Assembly (NCBI RefSeq): GCF_009834535.1
Contig: NC_045697.1
Location: 47,928,001-47,992,000, forward strand
Source of the DNA: Camelus ferus
Lineage: Eukaryota
Reading direction: 5' to 3'
DNA: 64,000 bases
Part shown: positions 39,973 to 54,138 of the stretch, piece after piece
Position numbering within the stretch: the first letter of the stretch is position 1
Layout of the letters: each line of letters begins with the position of its first letter
Made by a program: the position numbers and the translations under genes
The notes under the pieces: generated by a model
The model's input: only the letters and a program-made list of their open reading frames with translations
Told to the model about the DNA's origin: nothing
The model's database searches: none

Positions 39973-40502
39973 TATTGCTAGACCAGACTTTAATTAGGTG
40001 GAATACACAAAGATAATTTTATGTGTTGGTGAGAATTTTTAACACTATGCTATTAACCACAATTTCCATAGTTCAAAGGCAACGCAGGCAAGAAGTCAAA
40101 CCATTCACTGTGGGTCCTCTTATAGTTGACTTTTGTTCTTAACTCTGTCCTGAGGTCTATGTTTTACTGTAAGAACACAACTTTCATACTTACTTCCAAG
40201 GCGCAGTGCTACACCAGTCTTTATTGCAGCTCATTCAGTACTTAAAAGAGATGGCCTTACCCCATGACTTACAGCCCTTCCAATACAATACATAGCAAAT
40301 ATTTGGAGTTATTCAGCCAAGAATAATGCCCTGGAGACTCCATCAAGATAGTTTTTAATGTCCATTAGCCCTCTCCAAGGACTATAGAACAGTCCCCTAC
40401 AGCATTGGCAGTACAGTCCAATTCTCTTTAACTTTTCCTTCTAGTGTCAATCACAATAATGCCTCTTTGTTGTTTCAGTTGTCCAGCAGATAACTATTAG
40501 GT

Positions 40503-40566
40503 CACACACACAAACACACACACACACACATACGCCAAGTGCACACTCACACATAGACACACACAC
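40503..40566. repeat. Interrupted (CA)n microsatellite
   Basis: Directly visible. Confidence 0.85.
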
Positions 40567-41283
40567 GCATCTCCTAAGGAGAAATATGAATTCTCAGAGA
40601 TAATATGCATTGTTAATACAGTATTGGCCCACAATTTTTTTTAATTGAACTGATAACTAAGCTAAAAAACCTAGACTTTTTTCATCTTTTGAAAAAAATC
40701 AACAGGCCAAGCCATACCAGGCCCATCTTTCCACATGGTCGTGACCCAACATGAAGGAGGAGAATGCATTGCACCTTTTAGCTGGGGCATCAGACACCAC
40801 CATCGTCATCCCTCTGTATCGCCTCTTGAGGCATTTCACTCATTCACAGTGTCTGCCTCGACTCTGCAGACACTTGAATTTGCAACCTCTAATCCACTTC
40901 TTTTCAAACTGTGTCCTCTAGAGTCTGTCAGAATGAGAAATAGGGCAATTGCTAAAGAACGGACCACTTAATGATTGTTCCATTAGCAGAAATACCAGGC
41001 CAAAAAATTGAAATTATCACTTGTAAGCATCCAAGTAAATTCTTAGATAAGGTCCATTTGCCTTTTATATTTTAAGCAGTTCACCTAAGGGCCTTTCTAT
41101 CTGAACCATGTATATTTAATGATTGTACAATTTGCTACTTTTTAGAAGTGGCTGGATGTTGTGCATCCTGATGGTGTCTTTCTCTATTTTATACACTTTT
41201 GAACACATTAGAAACTCTTAGTCAAACTGGTTTAGGTACACTGGCTTTCAGTAAATTAGTCTGAGCTCATTCAATTATGTTTT

Positions 41284-41384
41284 ATACATTTTTAAACTTT
41301 TTTTTTAATGGAGGTAGTGGGGATTGAACCCAGGACCTTGTGTATGCTAAGCATGCACACTACCATTGAGTTATACCCTCCCCC
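41284..41384 (-). mobile_element. tRNA-derived SINE (camelid Vic-1-like)
   Basis: Reverse complement of the same head with T-rich tail; degenerate TSD TTCAATTATGTTTT / TTCAACTAAGTTTT. Confidence 0.85.
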
Positions 41385-41830
41385 TTCAACTAAGTTTTCT
41401 AAATGAATGAATTCTTAAAAGTTCTTTTCATTTGACCCTTGTAGTGGGTTTTGTCCAGTTTGAGTTAGTTGTATATGCTGCAGAATAGAACACAGTGCAG
41501 ACTAAGACTTTTTTTTTTAATCCCAAGCTCAGAATTCTTGTTTGAAGCCTGTCCACTCCATTCCAACCCATTTTCTAAAACTTGACCTCTAACATTATAA
41601 TATAATGAGCACTTTACTTAGTTTATTAAGTCAGTATTGCACTGAGGATGTAATGCTCTGAAGAAAACCTCCATTGCTGAGAAAAACTTGACACTTATTT
41701 TGAAAGTGCAGAACTTTTAGGACTAGTTTCTCACTGGAGCATCTCACAGTGCCCATTTAACCTTTGCTGTGGTCTAGTCACTGCTGGCTTAAAAATAATA
41801 ATAAAGAAAAGATGGTCTTGTTAGGTTTGT

Positions 41831-42926
41831 AGTACACATCTTTTTAACCAACTTCCTGTAATCAATTAACCAAATAAAAAAACCTTTCCAGTGCCTCAGT
41901 AAACATGTAGACTAGTTCCCACAGTACCTTGAAACTTGGCAAGTAATCTCTCCGTCAGTCTGCCCACCAATTCTCCCACTAAAGTTTTACAAAACTTGAG
42001 TTTTATCCTTACTTAATAGTTCCTTGTTTTTCCAAACCTGTTTATATTTGTGGATGAACTACATGTATAAGAAAGAAAAAAATCTTTTTGAAAATTAAAA
42101 GTGAGTGCTTTGGAAAGACTTGATAAAGCAAAGCTGGCTAAAAACCATTGCTGCCAAATTTGTTACAAGGTAACTATAAAAATATGGAAAAAAGAATAAA
42201 AATCTAGAAGGATTCTTCCTTTGGATTGTGTCATACGTTCTTGTTCTACTTTAATGCAAATACCTGTACTATCTGCCGGACAAATATTCTAGTGATTAAT
42301 ATATATGAACTCATTTCATTCTTCTGTGAGGCAGGTACTATTATTACTCTTATTTCACAGGTGACGAAATTAAAGCTCAGAGAGGTTAAGTAAGATGCTC
42401 TGGGGAGGAGGGGAGGGGTAAATTAGAAGTTTAGGATTAGCAGATACAAACTACTATATATAAAATAGATAAACAACTACGACCCACTGTATAGCACAGA
42501 GAACTGTATTCAATATCTTACAATAACCCAAAATGAAAAAGAATCTGAAAAGTATGTATATATGTATAACTGAAACACTTTGCTGTACACCAGAAATGAA
42601 CACAACATTGTAAATCAACTATACCTCAATTAAAAAAGAATCACAGACAAAAAAAAAATGCTCTAGATAATTATATGGTGGAGCCCAGTTTTAAACCTAT
42701 GAACTCTGAGTTCTAGCTGAAAATATTGGATATCATAGGCAATGAATTACATATGTGTTTTATGGGAAAAAATTTAGAACAATAATCAGCAGATCCATAC
42801 TCAAAGAAGAGGTTAGCAAATGAATGAGTTCTATGTATTTTAAATGAAAAAAAGTTTAAGGTATGTAGTTATCATTTTATGATTAACTGACCATGGATTT
42901 AGCTAAGTTAGATAAGATTTCTTCTG
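41831..42926 (+). mobile_element. Ancient Tigger-family remnant interrupted by a MIR (~42265-42715), itself interrupted by an L1 3' end
   Basis: Degenerate CENP-B/pogo-type HTH coding traces (AGTGCTTTGGAAAGACTTGATAAAG; ATCAGCAGATCCATACTCAAAGAAGAGG) on either side of the inserts. Confidence 0.5.
42402..42654 (+). mobile_element. 5'-truncated artiodactyl-type L1 3' end
   Basis: CAGATACAAACTACTATATATAAAATAGATAAACAA...CAACTATACCTCAATTAAAAAA; TSD AAGATGCTCT / AAAATGCTCT. Confidence 0.8.
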
Positions 42927-43134
42927 TCAAAAGAGGTAAAATATTGAACCACACTATAAAAAAAGAATGTTTTCTCATGAGAAAAAGGATAGAATTTGAT
43001 ATTAAAAGCAACAAAATGGTAGAGTATAACTTTTAAAAATGTATAATCACTATATTTTATACCTGTAACATATAATATTGTATATCAACTATGCTTCAAT
43101 TTTAAAAAAGAGAAAAAAGCTGAACTCATAGAAA

Positions 43135-43520
43135 AAATAGTCTCTTCAATAAATAGTTCTGGGATAATTGAACATCTGTATGTAGAAAAAATAAACCTCA
43201 ACACATACCTTACACTTTACACAAATTAACTCAAAATGGAACATAGCCCTACATGTGCAACACAAAACTATAAAACTTCTAGAAGAAAGCATAGGAGAAA
43301 ATCTAGGTGACCTTGGTTTTGGTGAGGAAATGTTAGATAAAACAATGGAGGCCCAATCCATGAAAGAAAAGATTGATAAGTTGGACTTTATTAAAATTTA
43401 AAAATTTGCTTTGTGAATGATATATTAACAGAATGAAAACATAAGCCACAGACTGGGAGAAAATATTTGCAAGCCACATATCTGGTAAAAGATGTACCAA
43501 AATATGTAAACTCAACTATT
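43135..43520 (+). mobile_element. Old L1M ORF2 fragment
   Basis: Degenerate homologue of 21110-21510 (AAAACTTCTAGAAGAAAGCATAGGAGAAAATCT). Confidence 0.8.
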
Positions 43521-44424
43521 GTTAATGCTAAAATAAATATTTTTGTTCATAGATTTTGCTAAGTTCTTTTATTATTAAAAAAAGATAGAGTTCTAGAAAA
43601 ACAGCTACTTGATCAGAGAATAGGAACTGTTTAAAGCATACATCTTTTTTTTACACTTTTCATTTATTTAAACACATTTCTTATAACATGTTCTCAAAAA
43701 AAATTTTTTTTGAGTGAAATAGGGCCTTCTTTGGTAAGCAAAAGACCTGAAAATAATATTTAAAAAATAAGCAGGCAGAGTTTTCAGTTCATCCACAACA
43801 CAAGTGTAGTGTTGCCTTCTCTTTTCCCAAACTCTGAAGCACCTAGTTTTTCCATAAAAGTTAAAAGCTAGAAGAAAAAGAGCTACATTTGTGGTGGAAT
43901 TTATTGTCACTTGCTGATAACTAGTTGAAATACCATTATCCCCTTGTAACAGCTTTAAGAAATAGGCTTTTTAAGGCATATATTGTGTAACTCTTATCTT
44001 ATTTCCTGTTATGATATAATACAGATTATTACATAAAGGCCAACAAATCCACAACTATATAAGCATTAAGCATTTGCTGTATTGAAAGTTCTTTAGTTCC
44101 AATACTAGCAGTATAGAGATACAGAATATAATTTTAAACACTTAACTGCAAGTATATTAAGTATGGAATGTTCCATAGACTGGAGGAAAATGGGCATTTT
44201 TGTCTTGAATTTGTTACCGACAACTTAATCTGAACAGTTCTTAAAGCATATATCTTAATGTTTAAAAAGTGGTGATATTTTAATTTTTGTGACAAAATTA
44301 GTTATCCTATTGAATCCAAATGAGGCAGAGGGAGTAAAATAAGAAGGAATATTGAAAAGAAAATGAAGACACATAAACAGATAGTTGAGTAAAAGCAGAA
44401 CTAGGATTTAGAAACTAAAGAGGT

Positions 44425-44700
44425 AATAACTAACCCTTGTATAACACATCATGCCCGGCCCTGTTCTAGCCACTTTATATATACATTTTTAAAAATTTTA
44501 ATCTATGACATATATGTCATTTTATCCTATGATACCCTATGGGGTGAGTAATATTATATTATGCCCATTTTATAGATAAAGATACTGAGGCATAGAGTAG
44601 TATTTAAAAACATACCCAAAGTCACAAAGCTAGTAAGTAAAGGGGATGGCAATTGAACACAAGATTTGCCTCCAGTCTACACTCTCAACTATTACATTGT
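44425..44700 (-). mobile_element. MIR SINE
   Basis: CCCATTTTATAGATAAAGATACTGAGGC core. Confidence 0.7.
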
Positions 44701-47700
44701 ACTGTCATTGAAATCAATAGTCATTTGTCAAATGTCTATTATGCACAAGGCATATGACGAAAATGTAAGACAGTTTTTCTCACAAGAAATACATAATGTT
44801 ATATAAGGCAGAAACCTGCTGCTAACTCACTATAGGAACGAAGAAGAGAAAAAGACTAAGCCAAAGTCTGGAGAATCTCATGTTTGGAATGAAAGCAGAG
44901 CTTTCATTAGTGGCTTAAAGAATGTGTAGGCGTGGAAACTTGATAAGGCAGTGAAAAATACTCAAAAGAGGCTAAAGTTTGGGTAAATTGGTCACTAACA
45001 GCTATGATCTTTAAGTAAATTAGCTCTGGGAAAATTAGCTTAAGATTAGTTTATTTTAGTTAACCAATTCTAGGCAACTGTTTTTGTTTTATTTGTTTGT
45101 TTAGGACTGGTTTCATATTGAGCACTTGCTGTGAAAACAAGTGAGAGTCTGAAGGTATTCAGATGGAGATTAGTGGATTTCTGCCTAAAGACTGTGGGTC
45201 AGAATCACCAGAAATTCACAATAGGCCCCCAACCCCAGACTTTGAAATTCAGTAGGTCCAGCAGGTGAGCAGAGAATTTTCCTGGCTCACAAGTTTATAG
45301 ATGATGAGGTGCTGCTGCTTGTAGGGGACCACACTTAGAAAACCACTGCCCAAGAGGAACTTCAACTAACTGGAAAGAAGGTTAGCATTCGGGAGGCTTT
45401 CACAACTGAGCTCCTAATGGAATGTCAAGGTGTACAGGGATTCTGCATGGAGTTTGGCATTTCTAAAAGCAGGAACTGTCAGAGAGGATTCTGGGAAAGG
45501 AAATGGTCTAGAATGTTGGAAACTAGGGAAGACCTGAGGGAAACCCACCAGAAAGAGCAGCTCTGACCAGCTAGGCTAAAGAGTTGGTTTACCGCTGTAA
45601 TCCTTGAGGAGCAAAGGATTTTAATAAAGACTAAGGGAGAAACAGTAATAACTTCATCACAAAGCTCCTTTGACACTCATGAAAGTTAGTGATATCTGCC
45701 ACATTCTTTTTAAAATCAGAACAAATAAAACTTAATAATGCAACAGTACTAAAAAGTAATTACTTCTAAATGTTCTTTTCCCAAACAAAAGTCTGGAAGT
45801 AGGTTAAGCCTTTGTTACATAGGGATTTCTGTATTTGAAACTCAAGATAAATTTATTTAATGCTGTAACAATATTTAAATAAAAGCATTTCAATTTTTTC
45901 TTCATTTCTGATTGTAACGAATTACCTGGGAGTAGAATATAGTTGATTTTTCTTAGCAGATCTTTGACATTTAAAATTATGCACAAGCCCGAGGGGTAGG
46001 AATTTTCATTACTTCGGTTTACTTTTAGTAAATCAAACCATTGTTTTGTATAATGTTATCCAGCAGGATTTGTTCCATATTAATAATCAAAAGAACACTG
46101 TAAATGGATATTAATAATATCTCAAGTATATTTAAATATTTTAGTAGGGAATTAAAGCCAGCACAATAATAATGCACACTTATGAATGGTTAAACTGAGA
46201 CATAACACTGTCAAATATTTCAGAGGGGCAGATAAGTGAAGAAAACGTTTGGAATAGAAAAAAAAAAAAAACCCAAACCAAATTATTTAAAGAACATTTG
46301 TGTTTCCAAATAGGACTGTGAAACAATAGAGATTTTGTGTCTATTAGTCAAGAGCTGTAATTCAACATTGTGTCAGCCAAGCACCTGTGCTGGTGCTTAG
46401 ACTGGGATAGGTACCAGACATAACTGGCACTCATCAAGAGTGGATTGTGCTCTGAGAGCTTCATGACACAAAGGAAAACTTAATTTCCCCCACAGTTTGT
46501 AAATGAAACTGGGAATGCCTAATTCACATGAATAATAGATGGAAGGGAAAATGCTGTTCAGAACACAAAAGATCAAGAGAGGTAAATATCCAAAGCCAAA
46601 GAAATTTAATAAAAATTCATATGAACATCAAAAGAAGTGGAGAAAACACTCATTTGTGCATACAAACAAGTTTCCCTCTGCAGCAACTAGTTTAGTTCCA
46701 AAAAACTACAGGAAGAGACTCAATAAAAATGTAATAAGGAAAAAAAAAAAGAAAGGAAAGTAGGTTTAGTAAAAGCTGACCTACTGCCAAAATCTTACTT
46801 TTCCCTTTCTTTCTTCAAAGTGTATTTATCAATACTGATATATATATATATTTTAGTAAGAACCATTCTTCCAATTTTTAAATGTGAAATTCAACAAAAC
46901 ATAGCAAAGAAAGGTCAGTATTTCAGATCCATTTTAACTTTTTTCATTCTCTCTCTTCCCAGGCACAGAACAGCAGGAAATTATCTTTTGGCACTGGGGA
47001 AGAGAGGTGAGTTTGTATATTTAAAGCCTGCAAACACTTACTAATGACAATCATAACATTTCTTACAGATAAGTTATAAACCAAGATGCTAAACTGTACC
47101 TGCAGTAAGCAGACATTTCTTCTTTGGCCTCGTCTTTCATCTTTTCCTGTCAAGCATTTACTACAACCAATGACCCATTTGTTTACTGCCATGGAACAAA
47201 AGCATTGCAATACTACCTCTTTGTTCTGGGGAGACATCGGGGCCCAGGGGACCAAACAGTATTCTGGGGAGACGGGGTCAATGAACACTAACCTGCCTTT
47301 GCCATTTCTTGCCTTTGGGATGTTAAGCAAAGCACTTATTCATCCGTCTATTCATTTATTTAATCACTTTTTTTGAACTCAGATAATAGCACCAGAGAAG
47401 TAAACGTGAGGAAAAGCTAATTAAATAATATGAAAGAGACCTGTCACTGTGAAATGCTTATTTAATAATTCCTTTAGAAATTGAAAGATCATATACAATT
47501 TATTTGTTAAATCAGATTTTTTATTATATAAACTATTCCCTGAAAATAAGAAGGGAATTTTTAAAGATAATTTTTAAAGATTATTATAAAATCTTTTAAG
47601 TTACTAGGGGGAAAAAACCGTTTCAGAGCCTGAACTACCATCCTTCTATTTTTAAAGTAATTCTGACTTCAAAATAGAAAAAGGTTAAAATTGATTTAAT

Positions 47701-49197
47701 GTATTCATTCAACAAACATTTATTGGACACCTACTATGCACCAAGAATATAGTCTATCCCTTGAAAAATTTAGGCACACAAAAATCTCTGGGTATAATCA
47801 AATAATGAAATGCTTGTGAAGAGAGAGAACTGAATGAAAATAAGTTTCTTCCAAATGCCCACAAGTGTAAGCTATATTGGTAAAATCTACTTTAAGAGGT
47901 AGAGAATAACTTTTTTTCACTCTGAGAATCATACCCATTGTCTGAAACTTACTTGCATTCAGCTGATGTCTGAGAGACCTCATATTTCTGGCCAAGCACT
48001 GATGTGAAAAATAGGCTAATATTTATTCATTCAATGAGCATTTTTGAACATCTGTTCTAGGTTAATGAATATTTAAGAAGAATATTAAGAATATTAGGAA
48101 ATGAATATTTGGCCTGAGAAACATCAAGGCCAAATTTCTCGTTTTATACATAAGAAAAATTGAGGTCCTAGGGGTAAAAAGATTTTTCCAAAATTACATA
48201 GCTGGCCAGTTAAGCAGAGTCAATTCAGGACCTGGGTCTGTATCCAGGTTAGGGTACTACAACAAGGAAAGATGCTTCCAGGAGATGTAAGCTCCTTGAG
48301 AAAATGAAGCAAAATTTGAAGGAAGACAACACTTTAAGATAAATATACAAAATGTAGCATGATTAGGTGCTTAACAATCCTTTATGACTTTCAAGAAATT
48401 ACTGCTGAGAGCAGAAAAATAAAGCAATGTACAAGAGATATCAAAGGCAAGTTTAACAACTAAGTCTTGTTTCTGAGTTAAAACACTTCTATATGCCCCA
48501 TATAAACTGCTCGTATGTTTTAGATGAAAAGACTTTCCAACAGCTGGAACAAAATCCATTGCTAAATTCTAGGAATACATGAAGAGCCTGTTGCATTTTT
48601 TTAGTATCAAGGATCAGGCTCTGTTCTAGTTATATGATAGATTAAATTGATGTCGATATATTTCTGTTCTAATGTTTTCTTTGCCTTATGCCACATCTTA
48701 GTCTGCAAATGTATAATTGTAGGGATAAAAACATAACAGAAATAATAGCTGGCAGAGATTTTAAGCCACATCGTAAATGACCTTACTGAATTTCCTTACC
48801 TGATTTTGTCATTGTTGTACTCCCTGAGTGACAAACATTCAATTCATAAACACCCAGGATATAAAAATAGGCTGTTAGACACTATATTAAAAATAGATTT
48901 TGGAAAGAAATTTTCTTGTTAGCTGTGGTCTGGTATTATGTGAAAAACATGGGAAAGAAAGCGTTTTTAAAAATTTGTTTAACATTGGCTGATTTGCAGT
49001 TTGCCTTTCAGTATAACAGGCAGCTAATGGCACACGATTTATGCACTCAAGAGACTTAGGAGACTTTGTCTTATGTAACAGACACCATGTGAGACTAGTG
49101 AAGACTTCTGAAGATTATACATTATAAGGTATTTCGTAGTTACTTCATTTTGGTTTATTATTTCCATCTAATCCTTCTATTAGAAAATTCTCTCTAA

Positions 49198-50249
49198 GAT
49201 GTTAATATCCAAAATATTCAAAGAACTCATACAACTCAATAGAAAAAAAAAAAAGAAACCCAAACAACTCAATTAAAAATGGGCAGGGGATTCGAAGAGA
49301 CATTTTTCCAAAGAAGATATACAGATGACCAACAAGTACATGGAAAGGCACCCTATATCATTAATCATTTGGGAAATGCAAATCAAAACCACCTTCATAC
49401 CTATTAGGATGGCTAGTATCAAAAAGACAAGTAATAACAGGGATTGACGAATATGTGGAGAAAAAGAAACCCTTGTGCGCTCTTGGTGGGAATGTAAATT
49501 GGTGCAGCTACTATGGAAAACAGTATAGAGGTTCCTCAAAAAATTAAAAATAGACCTACCACATAATTCAGCAATTCCACTTCTATGCGTTCATCTGAAG
49601 GAAATGAAAACACTAACTCAAAAAGATATCCACAGTCATATTCACTGCAGCATTATTGACAATAGCCAAGACATGGAAACAACCTAAGTGTCCATTGATG
49701 GATGAATGGTTAAGGAAAATGTGGTATATACATAAACACACTGGAATACTACTAGCCATAGAAAAGAAGGAAATCCAGCCATTTAGGACAACATAGGTGA
49801 ATGGATTTTGAGGGCATGATACTAAGTGAAATAAGTTAGAGACAGTGGAAATGCATGATCTCACTTATATGTGGAATCCAACAAGAGAAAAAAAACCCCA
49901 GACTTATAGACACAGAGAACAGATTGGTGGTTGCCAGAGGTAGGGAGTAGGGGTGAGGCAAAATGGGTGAAGGTGGTCAAATTGTACAAACTTCCAGTTA
50001 TAAAATAAGTAAGTACTGGGATCATAGTGTATATAGTATGGTGACTACAGTTAATAATACTGTATCATATATTTGAGAGTTATTGAAATAGGAGATCTTA
50101 AGAATTCTCATCACAAGAAAAAGGAAAATTTGTAACTATGTGTGGTGATGGATGTTAACTAGACTTGTGATTATCTTGCAATATGTACCTATATTGAATC
50201 ATTATGTCTCACACTTGAAACTAATATGTTAATTATATCTCAATTAAAA
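49198..50249 (+). mobile_element. L1MA-like 3' ~1 kb (ORF2 C-terminus + 3'UTR)
   Basis: Clear similarity to 21480-22240 and 23530-24140; ends TATATCTCAATTAAAA. Confidence 0.88.
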
Positions 50250-53200
50250 TAGACCTCTCTGATGATTTCTATTCATTTACCTTGACTTAAAGAAATTGGA
50301 GCTGCTCCAATGTTGTGTCACTGAGATAGATCTTCTTCCACAGAATTTCATTTGAATGAAGAGTCTGAGCATTGTTATATTCATTTAATAATACAGTAGC
50401 CCTTAACTCCCCAATATTTCAATAATTAGTAATAATTCATTGACATAAACAATCGGGTAAGTGTTCTCATTCTAATGCAGTCTTCAAAATATAGCTCATT
50501 AGAGTGCTTTTCTTTGGATCCAATGCAATCATTTGGATCTAAAGAGACTATTGCCAGGGTTTCTCCAGCTCCTATGTTGCAAGAAGCACCATCTGCATTA
50601 GCAGTTGTTAAGATCTGGATTCTAAAATGATGAAATGTTTAGTCCTACTAGATGACCACATAATCTATACTAATTTTCACAATAGAGGTTGTGGTTCAGA
50701 AGTTTCAACATAATTAAACTCACATTTAAATGTAAATAGAAATAGCCTGGAGAAATCATGTATAGCATGAAGAGGCAGAAGAATCATGCCCTAAGGTAAG
50801 AATGACCAAATTTGTGACATAGATCTGCCACGTATAAGCAGATTTTGTGAATTTAAAGATGTCATTTGGCATCTCTGAGTTTTCTTATCTGCTAAAAATG
50901 ACAGTTGTGATATAACTTTGATTTCTTCGAAACAATGTTGTTGTAAAGCTCAAATGAGCTGATTATACATCAAAAAGTTTTGTGAATTGTAAAGTGCTAT
51001 ACAAAATCAGAAATACAGTAACAAAATATTTGTTTCAAAAATGCTAAGTAGTATTTTGTTTTCTTTCTTTCACTAAAATTGGAAAAAAACTGGAGAGGTT
51101 TAGAATAGAATTATATATTTTTTGCTTTAATTCATTTTGTTGGACCTTTGCTACACAAGTCAGAGAACTATATTTATTGTCTCATCTGATTTTAATGAGG
51201 CAGTATTGTTAATAACAAACAGCATGCATATGTCCACCATTAAGAATTTTAACCAGTTTCTGGAATATATTATGTGTTAAAGGGGATAAAAAGAGAAACA
51301 CACAAGGTACAAATTTTCCATTTTACTAATACAACATTTACTAAATATCTTCTGGGGAAAATACAGAGAAGGCTATTCTACTGAAAGTTAGGAATGGCCA
51401 ACTTGAAGTACAGAAAAACTTTTTTAAGAAATGAAAAGAAGCCAAACTTGAAAGATAATCAAAGAAAAGCCTCCAGGGAAGTCTTTTCTCCAGTCAAGAA
51501 GGATGTACTCAAAGCTTGCTTAAATAGAGAGGGGAAAGAGCTATTAGAACAGTAAGAATTGTTGATATGAAAGAATATAAGAACGGTGTCAAGGGAAGAT
51601 GAAACAGGCAAGGAAGATGAAGCACAAAAGCACAAGTGTTCTTAAGGGAGGGAGAAGTGGGAAATGCTCACCAAAAGAGAGCAAGGTAATGCGCTGGGGA
51701 GCTTTAGACATCCCTGAGGTCACACGCTGAAGAAAGAGTTATTTATGTCTGTGTCTGTCTCTGCCACTAGATTTTTAGCTCCTTAAAACAAGATGCCATA
51801 TCTTATTCATACTTGTGTCTCCCAGAGCAACTAGCTCAGTTCCTTGTTCACAGAAGGTACTCAGTGGGTACTAGGTTGAACCTGAATAAAAGTTGCCTGT
51901 ACTGCCGTTTAGGTGCTGGCTATGAAACGCTGTGATAGGAACATAGCAAGACAAAGCGCAATAAGTATATACTGGCTCATTCATTGATTATACACTTTCT
52001 TAGTGAGCACCATGTGCTAGGAAGGCTGTGAGGCCAGACCAGTGAATCATATGTGTTAGGATTCTGTTTTTCTTTACAAAAATATAACCCAGATCTTCCA
52101 AGTTTAGCATTAGAAGAATTGCCAGATGATCAGGAGGCAGTTGGACCACATGGCCCTGCCTGTTTTCCTCTGGCTTTCCCTGGCCACTGGGGTCTTGAAA
52201 CTGACTGCCATTGAGACAACTGTACTGGGGGCTGTGGGGGTTGGTAAAGGTCCTCCTTTTGGCATCCGGTCCAAGCATGGACAAATGACCCACTCTTCAT
52301 TTCCTATAATACAGCTAAAATAGTGTACTAAAGATTGAAGGACAAAAGATAAATCAAACTGAAAAAGTAGCATGAATTTGGAAAATCTGGGTTGAAGTTA
52401 TACCTTGTCTCCAAAGCTTATGTGCTACCCTAGAGGAGAAAAAAAGACAATTAAAACACAAACAAATCTTATCTGTGTCCTTCCTTCTTGGTTCCCATAT
52501 GGTGGATCAGGGAGTCATTTTCAACAGTATTTACCAGAAGTACATTTCCAAAATTTCTGACTCCTTGACCTTTAGAGATCAAATTTCATTTCGTATCAAT
52601 TTTGGGTCCACTCACTCACTCAAACTTCCATGCCTGAGTTCTAGCTTCTTTCCCTGCGCATTATCATCAAGAAAAACCTAGTTCCTCAGACTGTATCACA
52701 ACCTAATAAGCTAGACATTCTCTCAAGAGATGCACATAGTACAGTATCAGTGAGAAAGTTAGTCCATACAGAAAGGATACCATATGCTGTAGTGTCTTCT
52801 TTCATTCTTAATCAAGGAAACAAGCTCTGTAGCTATTAAAATGGTAATAATATAGAACTAAAAGTTTGTTGATTGTGTCCAAATATCCCACCACTTTTCA
52901 TACACACCGCTCAGAAAGAATAAAAACCCTGTCCAAAATGTGAATCCTGAACATTTTGGCTCAAAGCATTCTGTGAAGGGGAGGGGACTGTGGGAAAATG
53001 ACAGAGGGGGAAGAGAAGCTACTCTTCTCAAATTTCCCCTAGTGCTTGCATTGTTTCAGCAACACTCACGAATATCTCATCTTGTCTTTGCAAAAACCCC
53101 ATGAATTCAGCTCATTTTATAGGTGTGGAAACAAAATACAAAGGATCTAAGCAAGGAAGTCTGTTCATGTTTAGCTTGTAATTGTGCTAACTTTGAATTC

Positions 53201-54138
53201 AGCTTCTTGTAGTCACTCAATAGATATTTACTGTGAATTTACAATGTACGAGCATTACAATATAACGTAGTAGAAACATAGGGGCGTACATGCATTATCT
53301 TCAAATTACTTACACTCTAGTAATGGAGGAAAAAAACACTCCACTAATGAGGAGGTCATTCATAATCACTGAAATGATATTTTCAGATGACAATAGTCAG
53401 GGAATGAAAGCAACCATCCAGTCATTTAAAAGATGCATGGCTGGTAAGGAAAAGAGGTGATGAACATGTAATAATATACTCCCTGGACATGTTAGTTCAG
53501 GTTAAAAATTCTCAAGTTCCTTTAAAATTTGAATTTGCTTAGTTATGTTGAGTCATTCATTCAGAAACGGCCCGAGGGTAGGGACATTAATTAGAACCAA
53601 TTGTAACAGATCCAAATCTAACACAGTTCTTCACTTTAAAAGGCAGGGAGAGAAGGGACTGGGGAACGGTGTCGTGTTTCTAGAAAGATCAAAAAGGAAA
53701 GGCAATGATAAAGGGAAACTGCATCAGAAGGTAAGAAAAGAATTGAAAAGAAAGAGAATGGTTGCTCTAAGAAGTAATACAGACCATCTCTGGCAATATA
53801 TTGCTGTGACTAATTACATGAACTTAAACATCAAAAAAAAAAACCTGGATTGGGATCCTGGCTCCCTTGAAGAAAGTTATTGGGTATCCATGATCCTCAG
53901 GTTTCTCATCTGTAAAATGGGGAAAATAATACTCCTTACCTTTATGTGGCAATTGTAAAGGTTAAATAACCAAATGTACGTAAAATGTCTGGGACATTGT
54001 ATGTTCTCAGCTGGTGGTTCCTGTTATGATTATTCAGTGATTTAAGGAGACTGTGTCCTTGAACTTAGTGAACAGTTGGTAATCCACTAGTGCATATTAA
54101 TTCAGCGGAATGCTAAGCAACATTTGAAATATATTCGT

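Noticed and set aside
52000..52373. Overlapping ORFs with a hydrophobic, signal-peptide-like stretch; possible pseudogene
   Set aside because: No protein recognised in the frames I translated; no poly(A)/TSD or exon boundaries. A BLASTX/Dfam search would settle it
53545..53958. 137-aa ORF
   Set aside because: Runs through an A-tract into a MIR (FLICKMG is the MIR core translation)
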